From Tubiluchus corallicola (Eukaryota; Animalia; Priapulida), in assembly GCA_030141605.1 (NCBI GenBank), contig JAQGDQ010000121.1:519222-583221 (forward strand): a stretch of DNA of 64,000 nucleotides, read 5' to 3'. Positions 63,990 through 64,000 of this stretch are shown piece by piece (position 1 is the stretch's first letter; each line of letters starts with the position of its first letter). The translations under genes were made by a program, and so were the position numbers. The notes under the pieces were generated by a model. It made no database searches. It was not told the DNA's origin and worked only from the letters and a program-made list of their open reading frames with translations.

Positions 63990-64000
63990 CTGCAATGGAA

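Overview
AT-rich, intron-rich animal (probably invertebrate) nuclear DNA. The ORF track shows only exon fragments, so I rebuilt genes by hand from splice sites and reading-frame phase; family assignments come from my recall of the protein families, not a database search. Six spliced protein-coding genes: CEP112-like (minus, 3' end not found in the window), a stand-alone homologue of the 'POLR1D isoform 2' protein (minus), XXYLT1 (plus), a 28-exon VWA3B (minus, about 30 kb), an intron-containing TAF7 (plus), and the last three exons of EXOC1/Sec3 (minus). Also present: one intact tRNA-Val(TAC), a degenerate tRNA-like Pol III unit, five decayed non-LTR retrotransposon fragments (CR1/L2-like), a 0.9 kb inverted-repeat DNA element with internal palindromes, and a compound microsatellite. 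I found no convincing wholly new biological system. The best leads are the POLR1D-isoform-2-like gene with no RPAC2 exon (plus a candidate uORF and poison exon), two GC-AG introns in VWA3B, and the palindrome-rich element next to the XXYLT1 5' end.
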